A stretch of 64,000 bases of DNA, from positions 10,230,001 through 10,294,000 of the forward strand of contig CM035350.1 in NCBI GenBank assembly GCA_020137815.1, in the 5' to 3' direction. This document shows, piece after piece, positions 36,201 through 50,662 of the stretch (within the stretch, counting starts at the first letter, position 1; each line of letters begins with the position of its first letter). The position numbers and the translations under genes were made by a program. This stretch comes from Hormiphora californensis (lineage: Eukaryota; Animalia; Ctenophora). Under the pieces are notes generated by a model, which saw only the letters and a program-made list of their open reading frames with translations, was not told the origin of the DNA and searched no databases.

Positions 36201-36730
36201 GTGTCTCTCACCTTCCCTAACACTGTGTCTCTCACCTCCCCTAACACTGTGTCTCTCACCTCCCCTCACATCTGTGTCTCTCACCTCCCCTAACACTGTG
36301 TCTCTCACCTCCCCTAACACTGTGTCTCTCACCTCCCCTAACACTGTGTCCCCCTCCCCTAACACTGTGTCTCTCACCTCCCCTCACATCTGTGTCTCTC
36401 ACCTCCCCTAACATCTATGTCTCCCCCCTTCCCTAACTTGATAAAAGTTGAATCTCTAACACTGTGTCTCTCACCTCCCCTAACACTGTGTCTCTCCCTA
36501 ACACGTGATGCCCATATATGGTATTAACACTGTGTGTCTTCACCAGGAACCCTGAAAAATTTTCCTCTCACGCCTATGCCTTCAACTTCCTGGGTCTCTC
36601 CATCTTTCTGTGGGTTGCCACCGTTATTTGGATCCTTATTGCTGTGGAGAAACGTGAACCTGAGGTGAGATACAGACAGATCGTGGTTGAAGAGCTAATT
36701 GAACAGTACTACCCCGCTGGGTGCATGTGA
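33300..36730 (+). CDS. CYB561: Cytochrome b561 family ascorbate-dependent reductase; exons 33300-33477, 33549-33748, 33829-33986, 36547-36730
   Basis: FNYHPLLM, KYIHGTLN, FHNEFNIPNFYSLHSWLG, YKPWHVVAG and TGVQEK: four heme histidines. Spliced frames join with GT-AG. The exact paralog is uncertain. Confidence 0.93.
34065..36502. repeat. ~2.4-kb minisatellite (cccctaacactgtgtctctcacct, 24/21-bp variants) in CYB561 intron 3
   Basis: Direct periodicity. It accounts for all the repetitive ORFs here. Confidence 0.98.
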
Positions 36731-38106
36731 CAGACAGACAGACTGTGACAGACAAACTGTGTGACAATGTAACAATGTGACAATGTAACAATGTGACAAT
36801 GTAACAATGTAACAGACAAACTGTGTGACTATAATGTGACAAACAAACAGACAAACTGGGTGACAAACTGTGTGACAACAATGTGACAGACAATGTTGGG
36901 TGCATGTGACTGTGTTACAATGTGTTTGGGGTGTGCTATGAACTGCTATTATATTGTGTGAAGTTTGCTACTTATAAAAGTGACAAGTGTGCTATGTCTG
37001 CAGGTTCAGTAATGCCGTGTATGCCGCATGTTGCATGAAGTGTGAGTGATGCCGTGTGAACTGTGAAGGTACGTGTGTGTGAACTGTGAAGGTACGTGTG
37101 AACTGTGAAGGTACGTGTGAACTGTGATGCCGTGTGACTCTCCTCTCTTGTGATCCAGGACGCGAACTACAGTGAGATAGAGAGAGAGGGAACCACCAAT
37201 CCAGGGGAGGAGGAGGAAGGAGACAAGGAACATTGACACTTGGGAGAGAGCAGGGACAACAGTGATAATATCGACTGTTACATTAGTGATTTAGCAACAA
37301 GACATTATAGACTGGGATGTAGCTATAGAAAATAAATCAGTTCCTACCATCAATTGTAGGGGTACGAGGCGATAACTGGTCAAGCTGTTACTCGATATGG
37401 GGATGACACCAACTGACCCTCTGAGGATATACCCCCTTTTTAATATGAATTTAATGTTTTAATTTGTTAATTATTCTTCTCTCTCTCGCAGTTAATCTCA
37501 CCCGGGTAATTCTCTCTGTTTTTTGTTCTAATATTTGTGTATTTTGATCGAGTATTATGTCGAGTTAATATTATATCCGTGACCCACCTTGTATATGTTA
37601 TCCCTTTACCACTTCTTAGCTGAATAACTACTGCAGTTTGTTATTGTCTATACTGGCAGGTGTGTGTGTTGCTCAGAGACACACAGTGTGGAGCACATGG
37701 AGCGCGAATATTGCGACACCCCCCGCCCTTCTCTCTCTCTCTTTCTCTCTCCCCCCCCCGGCCCCGCTATTACCCTTTCCTACACGTGCAGTGTATTGCA
37801 GCAGCATTATAATATGTACAATATTGCTGCCACGGCCCTTTATTGGAAAGCATATTTTACTGAAACTTACCGTCTCACAGTGTGAACTGAAACGAAGCTT
37901 ACCATTAGAAATGCCCCTCGGCCCTCATCACACATAGAATACTGAATATGACTCTGTCAAACAAACCTGACCGTCCTTTGTCCTTGACTACCTCATCCTA
38001 TAAACCCTCCATAAAACTCTTCCTGTTAATAAAGGATGCAATTGCATGTGTTCCTAACATGACATGACCTGTTAACATGACGTGACTCTGATCTCCCTAA
38101 TAAAGG

Positions 38107-38634
38107 ATGCATGTATTCCTCACCGGTAAGCCCGGTGTTGGAAAGACAACGCTAGTGAAACATCTCCTGGAGACAATTCCAGCCGGATCTGTTTCCGGGT
38201 TTTACACGGAGGAGGTCCGGGGTGAGGGAGGGAGGATTGGGTTTGATGTTGTCTCAGTTACAGACCCCACCAGCCGCTCTAAACTTGCCCGGGTGGGTGC
38301 CCCAGGGAGGCACAAGGTTGGGAAATACACTGTTTGCAAGGACGGGTTTGAGATACATGCACTACCCCTCCTCTCAACTCCATCTCGAGTTGTGGTGATC
38401 GATGAGATAGGCAAGATGGAGTTGTTTAGTGATTCGTTCAAAAGGAAGGTTGGTGATGTGTTGAATAGACCCGGGACACTTGTCATAGCTACTGTCCCAG
38501 TGCAGCCGATACCCTTTGTGAACCAACTCAAGAGCAGGGAGGATGTTGTGTTGTTCACCATTACTAAAGAGAACAGAGATGAAGTGAAGGGAGTTGTAGG
38601 TGATAAGATTCAATATATCTTATCTAACTTGTAG
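38107..38634 (+). CDS. NTPCR: Cancer-related nucleoside triphosphatase (NTPase_1/THEP1 family), single exon
   Basis: HVFLTGKPGVGKTT Walker A, GFYTEEVR...RIGFDVV, VGKYTV, VIDEIGKMELFS. Confidence 0.96.
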   Translation: MHVFLTGKPGVGKTTLVKHLLETIPAGSVSGFYTEEVRGEGGRIGFDVVSVTDPTSRSKLARVGAPGRHKVGKYTVCKDGFEIHALPLLSTPSRVVVIDEIGKMELFSDSFKRKVGDVLNRPGTLVIATVPVQPIPFVNQLKSREDVVLFTITKENRDEVKGVVGDKIQYILSNL

Positions 38635-38871
38635 CTTACTACGTTATACATTGTTTGAAACTCATTAGATCCCAGAGAACACATTGTTTGAAACTCACTA
38701 TGTAGAATCTACATTGTAGATCCCAGAGAGAAGTTGTTTTTTTTACCGGGTAATTTATTATTTTAACAATTCAATTGCATGTTTTTATCCCATACTAAAA
38801 ACGGTATCAGTGGTTTTCTTTTAATGTGTCGTTGTAGTCCTTGTATTACACTACCTCCCAGTATAACAGGT

Positions 38872-40342
<1,471 letters not shown>

Positions 40343-40761
40343 GAGAGAGGGATTTCGATTTGTTGTTGTCAGATTCTGTTTACTATTCAGAGGTATTTTA
40401 TATTCTACTCAAGGGAAATATGTTGTTACATTGTTACAATGTGCCTTAGCTGTACAGCTGAGTCAGTAGGCCGCGTGATGTTTTGTAGTACAGAATCTGT
40501 ACGTGTCAGTGTTAGATTTCATGTGTCGAGTGATTTGTTATCTGATACTTTTCGTTAAAAAACTCGTCTTATCTACTCCTTCCTTGTGCGTGATTTCTCC
40601 TTTCTTTGTGCGTGGTTTGTATTTTTCAAGTTGTTACCCCGAGCCCATGGGGTTCGGGTAAGTTACCCGAAACCCGTACAGTGGGCTATGGACACCATCC
40701 ACTGCTTCATTCCTCTTTTCACTACTACTCTATCCCTAACGTGCCCTTTTTAGCAAGTACA

Positions 40762-42013
40762 ATGGACCCGAAAGGTCGACCAAGAGCTCTCAGGGCTAGC
40801 GATATATGGGCCTTCCTAGTCTTCCTGACCATAACTGAAGGTGGTGGAGCTGTAATGGGTATCCTCTCTGCTGGTGGCTTCTCAGGGGAATGGTTTAAAA
40901 ACCTTGTCAAACCCTCCTGGAACCCTCCCGCCTGGTTGTTTGGGCCCGTCTGGACAACCCTCTATTTCCTAATGGCTGTCGCTGCATTCCGTGTTTGGAG
41001 GAAGGTCGGGTTTACAAAGGTAGGTTGAATGTGGTTACTATGTGGTTACCATGGTGAGTTGGATGTGGTTACCATGGTGAGTTGGATGTGGTTACCGTGG
41101 TGAGTTGGATGTGGTTACCGTGGTGAGTTGGATGTGGTTACCATGGTGAGTTGGATGTGGTTACCATGGTGAGTTGGATGTGGTTACCATGGTGAGTTGG
41201 ATGTGGTTACCATGGTGAGTTGGATGCGGTTACCATGGTGAGTTGGATGTGGTTACCATGGTGAGTTGGATGTGGTTACCGTGGTGAGTTGGATGTGGTT
41301 ACCATGGTGAGTTGGATGTGGTTACCATGGTGAGTTGGATGTGGTTACCGTGGTGAGTTGGATGTGGTTACCATGGTGAGTTGGATGTGGTTACCATGGT
41401 GAGTTGGATGTGGTTACCATGGTGAGTTGGATGTGGTTACCATGGTGAGTTGGATGTGGTTACCATGGTGAGTTGGATGTGGTTACCGTGGTGAGTTGGA
41501 TGTGGTTAACATGGTGAGTTGGATATGGTTAACATGGTGAGTTCAGAGTTGGATGTGGTTACCATGGTTACTTGTGTGGTTGCGGTTGTTTTTAACCAAG
41601 TTTCTATTTCAGGCACTTCCCCTTGGATCATTCTTTGTTCAACTGGCACTAAACTTCGCCTGGGTTCCAATCTTTGCATTGCAGAATTCTTTTAAGTAGC
41701 CATTACTCGGTCAGGGGTTTTTTGGGTTAGTTGATATAGCAAAAGCACTATTCGATAGATAGCGAGTAGCTAGCGACGATGCGATAGAGCTGCGGATATA
41801 GGCAGCGAGGGTTGGAGAGCGAGATCGTCGCTCGATAGCATAGCGCGAGGTCTCTCTCTCTCTCCTCACGTCCTCTCTAGAGCTCTCTCTAGCTCGCGCT
41901 ATCGCTCTGAGTCGAGAGAGAGAGAAGAGCTCGCTCTCTCGTCTCCTCTCTCTCTCTCTCTTTACTCGTCCTCTCTATCTGCTCTCGTTCTCTCTACTCT
42001 CTCTCTCTCTCTT

Positions 42014-42054
<41 letters not shown>

Positions 42055-42342
42055 ATCTCTACAACCTCTCTCTACAACCTCTATCTCTCTACAACCTCCC
42101 TTTCAGGCATTTGTTGAGATAGCTCTACTGGATGTTGCTATTATTGTCTGCATTGTGATGTTCTCTCAAGTGGACGACTCGCTGCTGCTCTCATGATGCC
42201 ATATCTCCTGTGGTCTCTATTCGCCAGTCTCCTCAACTTCACTCTGTGGAGACTGAACCCCACTACTGTGGGCCTCTATTGTGCTTCACAGTTCGGTTAC
42301 CCAGGTTACCAAACTGCAGTACCACTACCAATGGAACTATAG
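40762..42342 (+). CDS. TSPO: Translocator protein TspO/MBR; exons 40762-41019, 41613-~41690, 42107-42342 (apparent frameshift near 42180)
   Basis: WFKNLVKPSWNPPAWLFGPVWTTLYFLMAVAAFRVW, QLALNFAWVPIF, LMMPYLLWSLFASLLNFTLWRLN. The surrounding sequence is low quality. Confidence 0.93.
41030..41572. repeat. 23-bp minisatellite (gtggttaccatggtgagttggat) in TSPO intron 1
   Basis: About 22 tandem copies. Confidence 0.97.
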
Positions 42343-43215
42343 AACTCTAGAACTCTAGATGATATTTTCTAATGGACACGTTGTTTTAGCTGTGCTCTAA
42401 CCCTCCTTTACGTGCCCTCTTCCTGGGTGAGAGCAAGTTTTTTAAATGTTGTTATTCTTGTTGTTAATGTTGTAATGATTGTAATGATGTAATGATGAAT
42501 CAAGTTCAATCCTTTTCTATACTGGTCAATAGTTCTGTATAACTTTTCAAATTTAATTTCATTATACGCAGGTTGTATTACACAAAAATCACCAGGTGGC
42601 TGCCATCCCCCAGTGATCTGGTGGCTGGATGCTGCATGATTTCAAGGAGACAGTGACCCTGATCTCTCTTTTTTTCTCTCTTTTTCTCTCTTTCCTCTCT
42701 CTTCCTTCTCTCCCGCTCACTATTTCTCTGTCTCTATGTCTCTCGGAAAATTCGATCTCCCGCAGCGGGCTCATGGATGATTACACGTTGTGTGCTAGGG
42801 ATTGTGTTATCCGAATTACTCGTTTACCTCCATAACATACTCGGTCACTTAAACTTTCCTCTCTCTCATCAGTCCTCTCTCACTGCTCTCTCTTCTCTCA
42901 CCTCTCTTCCTCTCGCTCTCCTCTCTCCTCTAACTCTCTCTACTCTCGTCCTCTTCTCTCTACTCCCTACCCACTCTTTGTCGTAGTTAGTAGTTATCAA
43001 AAACTCCCGTACTTTCATTTACTGTTGTCTCTATAGCATGATCATCTCCCGTTCCTAGCATGACGCATCTTGTGATTCTTATTTCCCATTTTATATCCGC
43101 TTGCTTTTTTTATTTAAATTTTGCATGTTTTAACAATAGGTCCCTACCCCATGTCCCTATCCCCATGGATCCCTAACACCATGTCCCACAGTTTTAGACT
43201 ACTATACTGCACACT

Positions 43216-44099
43216 ATGGAACCAGGGAGATCTGGAATTCTGAACTCCAAACCTTTCCGAAAGGATAAAAAATTTGACCTAATAAAGTCTGACATGTATT
43301 CCACCCCGAGGAAGTTGAGGGCCGCTATGAAGCGAGGAAAAAACAAGCAAACGGTCATGGGGACTTTCACGACATTTGACGGCAATGGGGGTGGATGAAA
43401 AAACCAATGTACTGGTTTTATCTAGCAGATAAAAACTAAGCGAGTTTCCCCCCCTTTGACTATCTAAAACCCCTTTCTTTCCCCTGTGGCAATAACAACA
43501 GGATATCCGGGTAGTTTTTTCCTGGGCCAATTTCCAGGTGGGAGTTTACCTCAGAAAAAAATGTCCCCAGTATCACTGGCTCACTGAAACAACTGAAATG
43601 TCTGAACACTCTCTTTCTACATGTTAATCAGTTGACCTGTGTTAGGAGCTGTGTTAGAGAGCTGAGGAACATGTTATCCCTACACACACTGAATCTGTTT
43701 GGTAATCCCATCAGTCAAGAGGAGAATTATAGGGAGTATGTGATCCACCACCTCCCATCAGTCACCCTACTAGATAGACAGACAGTTAGTAGAGGGGAGA
43801 GAACCGCTGCTGAGAGGCTGTTTAGACCCTATGTGGTGGGTATTAGGGATTCTATAAAGTTTGGGAGGAGAGAGGTGTTTGTGGAGGAGACACATGATGG
43901 TGAGGGGGAGGTGAGGGGACCTACTAAAGTGAGGTTTGTTGAGGTCACTAAACACCCTCACTCTCATCCCTTGGTTAGTAAACCAAGGAGAAGCCCTCCC
44001 CCAATGTCCTACTCCTACTTTGATTGGTGCACCACTGGGGAAGAGTTCTTGTGGTCCAAACAGCGATCACCACCTTCACGTCTCACCTTTACTGTCTAG
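43216..44099 (+). CDS. LRRC72: Leucine-rich repeat protein, LRRC72-like (5' part garbled by assembly errors)
   Basis: ITGSLKQLKCLNTLFLHVNQL...LHTLNLFGNPISQEENYREYVIHHLPSVTLLDRQTV: LRRs plus LRRcap, resembling LRRC72. Confidence 0.7.
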
Positions 44100-44386
44100 C
44101 TAGATCACCACCTTCACGTCTCACCTTTACTGTCTAGCTAGATCACCACCTTCACGTCTCACCTTTACTGTTTAGTTGGATTGTCCAAGACAGCTGTTTA
44201 GATGAGAGAACTGAGTTATTCCATGGTTTTATTGTGTAATTTTAACATGTGTGTACAGAGTGTAATTTATTGTGATTTTATGACCAATCTTGACCAATTC
44301 CACGTGTTTTGCTATTCTCTCCCACCAGTTACAAACCACCATCATTTCACATTTCACATTGAACACTTCCCCAGTGTGAGTTCAGA

Positions 44387-47300
44387 ATGACAGATGTAGA
44401 GAAGATAAGGGCATTGAAAAGTTTGATAAAGGAGCACTTGAAGGGAGCGGGAGTAGCGGAAAAGATAGATGCAGCACTTGGAGACAATAAAGATGCGCTG
44501 AGTAGGGAAAATGTGATAGATCATGTAGTCAGGGATATCAAAAACACTTCCCTCAATTCACCGGAAAAGGGGGATGAAACGAAAAAAGCACAACCAGGTA
44601 CGATCCCGGGCAAAGGAATTTTGAAACTTCCGAGGAAAATTCAATTTTCCTTGGAATTTCGCTGATATCACGTCCTAAAGTTCATGTCACCCACACTCTG
44701 TAACCCTAAACCGGAACTTGTACTCGGGGGGCTATTGGTTTTTTTGCGTGTCTGTGTGGCCTGTAAAGTTAACGATTCCTCATTGAGTGTCATGACAGTG
44801 TTTCTGATGACAATTCATTATGTTTCAGAAGGTAACACACAAAGATCAGGCAAGAGGTTCCTGCAGGTGTCAATAACAAGGGGCAGGGCATTCCTAGATG
44901 ACCTAGTTGAGGAACACACTGCTACCATCCAGATACATGCCATCTGCTTAGGTAATAAGGAAGTTGGGCAATCCGGAGATTAAACAACATCCGGACAACA
45001 TATTACCCCCCCCCCAATGTGTTTTACTCACACCCTCTCACGCCAGGTAAAAGGGTGACCAGTAAGGCGGTTAAAGCAGAGTGTGACCCTACATTTGATG
45101 AAACCTTCTATTTCTGTGTTGATGAAGTTGAGAAGAAGCCTGGTGGATTACTGGAGTGTTCAGATAAACTGGTTATATTGCTGACGAGAACAAATAAAGC
45201 AGGGTCCACCAACTTGCTAGGTAGGTGCTGGGTGGTTTATTATTAGAGGGGGTATCAGGGAGTATATTCTGTTGTCTCTAGGACTCGGGCTTTCATTAGA
45301 ACAACTCACGTACATTGAATACACCACATTCAGGTACATGTGAACTGGACTGGAGGGAGGTGTTGGATAAGACAGAGGTGAAACTGAACCCTGAACTGCA
45401 TGGAACCAAATCAGAGGGTGGTGTGTCTGTTGGTCTCCTCTTCCTCTCTCTGAAACTCCTGCCAGTGCCCTCAACTAGGATCTCCAGAGACAGGCTGAGA
45501 GGTCAGTTAGGAGGGGAACAAGAGAGAGCAACAGAACGAAACAGACTGTTCCTAATGTATACTAAACAGTGGTGGAACGAGTATCTAGGGATCAGAGCCG
45601 GGTTAGAGGAGCGGAGGGTGAAAATATTCGCCGAGGTAAATAGTAATGAACTATATAGCTGGAAATGAATGTTATATTTTGTTACTACTTCGGTGCATGT
45701 GGGTACCTCTACACAGCTGTTTGATTGGTGTATTTACCGGTATTACCCCCACACACAGGATGAGAGAGGAGAATCCCAACTAGTTTGTCTCTTTCTGAGT
45801 CCCATTCAGTCCTCCCTCATTGAATCACCCCGGATAGCAACCAGATTTGTATCTCTATTCCCAACACTTCGAACAGCACTCCCTGGTGCAAGTGAACAAT
45901 GGCTCTCTGCTACTGCATTCCTAGTTGGCAAGACAGGGGTAAGTGGTGGTGGAATTAATAACAAACAATTTGTATCACCCCTTTGTTCAGATACCCAGTG
46001 CGTATGTCTCACAATAACCAACACACTATCTAACACTCCCCCACCCCTTCAGGATGCCATTAACCACAGTCTGTTGCTATGTAGCTTCTTTCTTGGTTTC
46101 AAACTGCATTGCTACGTTGCTATAGGAACCAATACTCGTGGTGTCCCAATCTCCTGGGTAGTTCTACTAAACGGACCCACCCCAACCCATGTAGACCCCC
46201 TTACCGGCCAGAGATACGGACCTGGGGTCCCTGCCATGCCATTCAAAACAGTGGACTGCCTGTTCAGTGATAGGGCTCTATTTGCTAACATCCAGGCCAG
46301 CAATAGTGTGGGAAATGTCAGGTAAGTTACCAGAAATGATACCCCCCTCCCCTGATACTACTAAGTAAGGAGTGAGACATGATACACTGAATGAAACTGT
46401 GTGCTTACTAGATTTTAAATAAAAATACTTCAGTTTACCCCTGTTGCAATGATAGTTAGTATGGAATTTAGAAGGGGTGAAGCACTCTATATTTGTAGAG
46501 GCCTTCAAGCATGTGTAGTATGTGTCTTTGTGTGAGCTAGTAAACACTGAGGCATCTTCCACCCATCATGTACCATTACCAGCTTAACATAATGCTATGT
46601 GATGACAAGATCTATCGGCACAAAAGGGAAAGAGATGTTGCCAAATAGCTGTAATAGCATCTACTGCACATTAATATCAGTGCGGGCTCATACTTCAACT
46701 CACAACTGACTGACCAGGCTTCAGGTGTAACTAGCAACACATGTAGGGACATGTGAATGGGCACAATGAACTGAAACTAATGAACGAAGACTATGAGACT
46801 GACAGCGACTTAGTAAGTCTCCCATTATACTGACAACTAGTTTACGTGCTATTTACTGTACTACTAATCCCCACCACTCACCAGGTACATTGTACAATAT
46901 GGCCGACCCAGTGCTATCTACTACTAACCCCCCCGCCCCCAGGTACAATGTAGCTGACCCAGTACTGTGGAAGGAACTAAGTGGGGAGGCTATATGCAGT
47001 ATGAGAGGGCCCCAACCATTACCCATCACTCTAACCCCCAACACCATGGACCTAGATCACATTGCTACACAGCTAGAACACTCTCTAAAAAGGTAGGAGG
47101 AGGCCACAATGCTAAACAATAGTTGGTGTGTTACAGTTGGTCAGTAATGTTGACCAACCCGACCCCAGCAAGATCCAAGTTTCCCCCGTCATTATCTCAC
47201 TGCAAACCCCCCCCCCCCCCCAGGCAGTTTTGAATGAAAAAAAAGGGGGTTTTATTTGGGCCCCTTTGGGAATAAGACCCAGAACTTTTTTCCCCCCCCC

Positions 47301-48527
47301 TCTTCCGGGGGGGTTTTTTGGGGGGCCCCTTTAAATGCAACGGGTTAGAAAAAAANNNNNNNNNNNNNNNNNNNNNNNNNNNNNNNNNNNNNNNNNNNNN
47401 NNNNNNNNNNNNNNNNNNNNNNNNNNNNNNNNNNNNNNNNNNNNNNNNNNNNNNNAAAAGTTGGGGGGTTACAGTTGGGGGCCCAAATTAATTTCCCCCA
47501 ACCCGGACCCCAGCAAATCCCCACCAACCAGTTTCAACAACCTTTCATTAAAAAATTTCTTCCCTAAGGAAACCCCGCGCCCAGCAGACCAGTTCCCCAC
47601 CCCCCCTCCCCAGGCTAGTTCGAGATGAGAGAGAGAGGTTTGATTTGGGCACCCATTGGAATAATGACCTAGCACACCTTCTCCTCCCCGCCCTCAGCGC
47701 ATACGAGTTAGAACGTTGTTCAGGTGGGAACACTTCATTGATATTTACACATGTTTGTTATTATTGTTCTCTCTTTGAATTGTATTTGTTCTCTGTTTTT
47801 AGTTTCAACTGTTTCCAGGGGTTTGTGTGAGCAATGAGGATTTTGAGAACGCAGTGCGACATGCCGTCCCCAGTGGGTTCACCTTCAAGGGATATCCCTC
47901 TCAATTTATACACCTCAATCCCAAGACCATATTTTCACAGTGCCTCAAGTGAGTAACGTTGTTTTGTGCGTTGTAGTAACGCGCCCCGACACCAGTGTTG
48001 GGGTGGTCGCGCGCAGTCAACGCGCCCCTTTTCTGTAGATGCAGCTTCAAGGGGATTTGCTCTGACAAGCGCCCCACACCCCCCCCCAGTGACCATTCCC
48101 TTTCCTCTCTCTTGCAGTACTGCCCAAGGACCATTCGGCAGTTACCACTACCGCTTTAAAATATACTGAACAAGAAATACATGTCCTTCGAAACTGTTTG
48201 GCGGCGCCCACCCAATCTGATCAAAATGGGGTCTGGCGGCGCCAGACAGCCACGAACAGGGCCCTCTCACTCCATACTTACCACGCTATGCGAGATCAGA
48301 GCCCTGTTATCAGTACCAACAAACATTTACACGCGTCTACCCAAATACCCTCCGGCCTCCTAACTCCTAACTCCCTTCTCTCCCACAGGTCGAGTGTCTG
48401 TTCAGAAATCATCTCACTACGGGGCGATAGCCTAGATTTCGCAGTTAAAGTCAAGTTGTACCCGTACCCAGAAAATGTGACTGCCTGCTGGCTAATGTTT
48501 GCCTGTCAGTACCGCTGTGTAACGTAG
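44387..48527 (+). CDS. CEP76: Centrosomal protein 76; ~10 exons (44387-44597, 44829-44951, 45047-45220, 45334-45635, 45759-45938, 46053-46321, 46943-47092, 47614-47723, 47819-47948, 48389-48527)
   Basis: RFLQVSITRGRAFLDDL (C2-like), RLFLMYTKQWWNEYL...VKIFAEDE, NHSLLLCSFFLG...ISWV (transglutaminase-like), PALSAYELER, FKGYP, YPENVTACWLMFACQYR. Confidence 0.93.
47356..47455. other. Assembly gap (100 N) with degraded duplicated flanks
   Basis: N run; ~47130-47225 and ~47468-47615 are error-rich copies of the same intron end. Confidence 0.95.
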
Positions 48528-48781
48528 TTGGGAGAGAGTGTTCTCATTATAGAGCTGGACTCTGTAGAGCTGGACCCTGTAGGGAGACTGAGATCAGAGA
48601 ACATTACAAATTGTAAATAGTTAGAGTTATGTAATATATTTATTATACGATCAAGGTTTAGAGAATTGAATGACTGAATTGTATGAGGGTATAGATTGGA
48701 GTGAGGGTGAAAATATTTTCCCGAAACACAAGGATAGTTTCTATCCCATTTGTCCAATATAAATAACAATAGTGATATTGA

Positions 48782-48921
48782 CTGTCAGCCCCTTCGGCTG
48801 TTCAAGCTAGATCGTCCAAACCAGCGGCGCTAACTCAGTCAAACTAAGGCGATTAGGCCGGGATCGAATCCGTAATGCGTCGAGCAGGCAAGGGGCGCTC
48901 TCCGAGGTTTGAGAGCTTTTT
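48782..48921 (+). ncRNA. Candidate structured element (Pol III-type small RNA/SINE or transposon end)
   Basis: Nested stems gcccctt/aaggggc, ctgttc/gagcag and cggcgc/gcgtcg; A-box-like TAACTCAGTC; B-box-like GGGATCGAATCC; terminal hairpin gctctc/gagagc followed by TTTTT. Confidence 0.35.
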
Positions 48922-50618
48922 GTTTTGCTTTTTGTTTTGCACCCAACTGTCACTATTTATACTTGTTGAGTAACCCCCTACTCGACTATTTAGTTTGACA
49001 GTAACGAAGCTTTAAAAAGAGAGACTATATGAGATTGAGATTGAGAGAGCTGCGTGAGTTAGATGGTTACATATTATAGAGAGAGATATGCAGATTGCAG
49101 ACTCTGTAGAGGTTGTGCGAATGAGAGCACAGAACTCTACAGCTGTAACAGGGGGTAGTACTATAAAACCCGGACTTTAATGTAATTGTGGTGTATTCAC
49201 ATGATGTGTGTTTTAGAGAGGGGGAGCGGGATGAAGATTAAGAGTGGAGATTACCCTCCCCCCTCTCTCTAGTGTGCATTGGAGCGTGTAAAGTAGAAAA
49301 GTGTATTGTGTCTCTCTGTATTGTGTCTCTCTGCTAAGAGCTTGTTTTCATTATTACTTTTCTTACCCCGTAATCCTTTGTTTTTACCTGATCCACCGTC
49401 CAATCACGAGATTGCTACTACGTCCTCGCTGGGACACACGCCTCTCTCTCTCTCGCTATATAAAATACAAAGGACCCCAGCATTTATTTATAACTTCGTA
49501 TCGCCACCAAGCCTGTTACTCGACAACACCAAGCAACAAGTTCATTTGCTCCTTAGAGTATATGTCTCTCCTGAAACTAAACCGGGGACATGTTCCATGT
49601 CGTGTGGATGATCGGGATGCGATGGAAGGGGTTGTGAACACAGGGGTTGTGTGGGGTTGCTTCATCAGGAAACTAAAATTGAATGACATGGATTATAAAC
49701 TGTCAGAGCATTGGTATAATATGATCATATGATCCAAAGTCGAATCATGATTATATTACATCAGTGTTCACTGTTTATCTAATGGGCAAAGGGCATGCAT
49801 TATTATCCATATTATTATTCCATGTCATTAAATTTTAGTCTCCGAATGAAGCTTGAACATTGAACAACCCCAGTACTCTTATCTGTAAACGCCGACAGTG
49901 CTCACTCTCAGTGACTGATGAAGAAATAACCATCCAACTCAGACTTGCTGTAGTTAAACGGTTTGTTCTTTGTATCACAAGGGTGTCGAAGTGGGGTTGG
50001 GGAAGTGGGGGGGGGGGGCGGGGGTTCACTACCCGGCACTCTTTGCTCCAGCATGAACTATCAGGGATTTGGGCTTTCGGGTGGCATTTGTTGTCGCCAC
50101 AGACATTTACAAATGCAAATGCTTGTCAAATCTCATTCTTGTGAGACGGGGAGAGATTCCTCTCAATTCCTCGGTCTAGCGTCGCCAGACCCCGTTTTTA
50201 TTCTCAAGTGCACTTAGATCGGATCGGTGCCGCCAGACAGCAATTACTGCAGTAAAGTGAGGGTGGGGCATCGCACCGTCATATTGGACACCCGTATAAG
50301 CCGTTGCCTATACAATGCGGTCTAGTGGCCACTAGACAGTCCTAGTGACCACTAGACTGTCTAGTGGACACTAGACAGTCTAGTGGACACTGTCTGGCGC
50401 CGCGACCCATCTGAGCGCACATTGAGATTGAGAATCAAATGGCCATGGGGTATGGCGCCTGCCATACAGAGTGGACACCAGACCGCGACACTAAGACGTG
50501 TCCATTTCGCGCGTCTAGGACGTCGTGGACCGCTTCGTGGGCGGCCAAAACTGCCAAAACAGGGTCTGGCGGGTCGAGATGGTATTTATATGAGCTTCAA
50601 ATTAAAGATTCAAGCCCT

Positions 50619-50662
<44 letters not shown>

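Noticed and set aside
33966-36411. Repetitive ORFs (VLGEVRDT / SPNTVSLT)
   Set aside because: Intronic minisatellite inside CYB561.
41690-43570. TSPO and LRRC72 as pseudogenes
   Set aside because: The stops and frameshifts coincide with visibly corrupted sequence next to microsatellites, while conserved motifs are intact elsewhere.
47130-47615. Apparent duplication around the N gap
   Set aside because: Unmerged overlapping contig ends, not biology.
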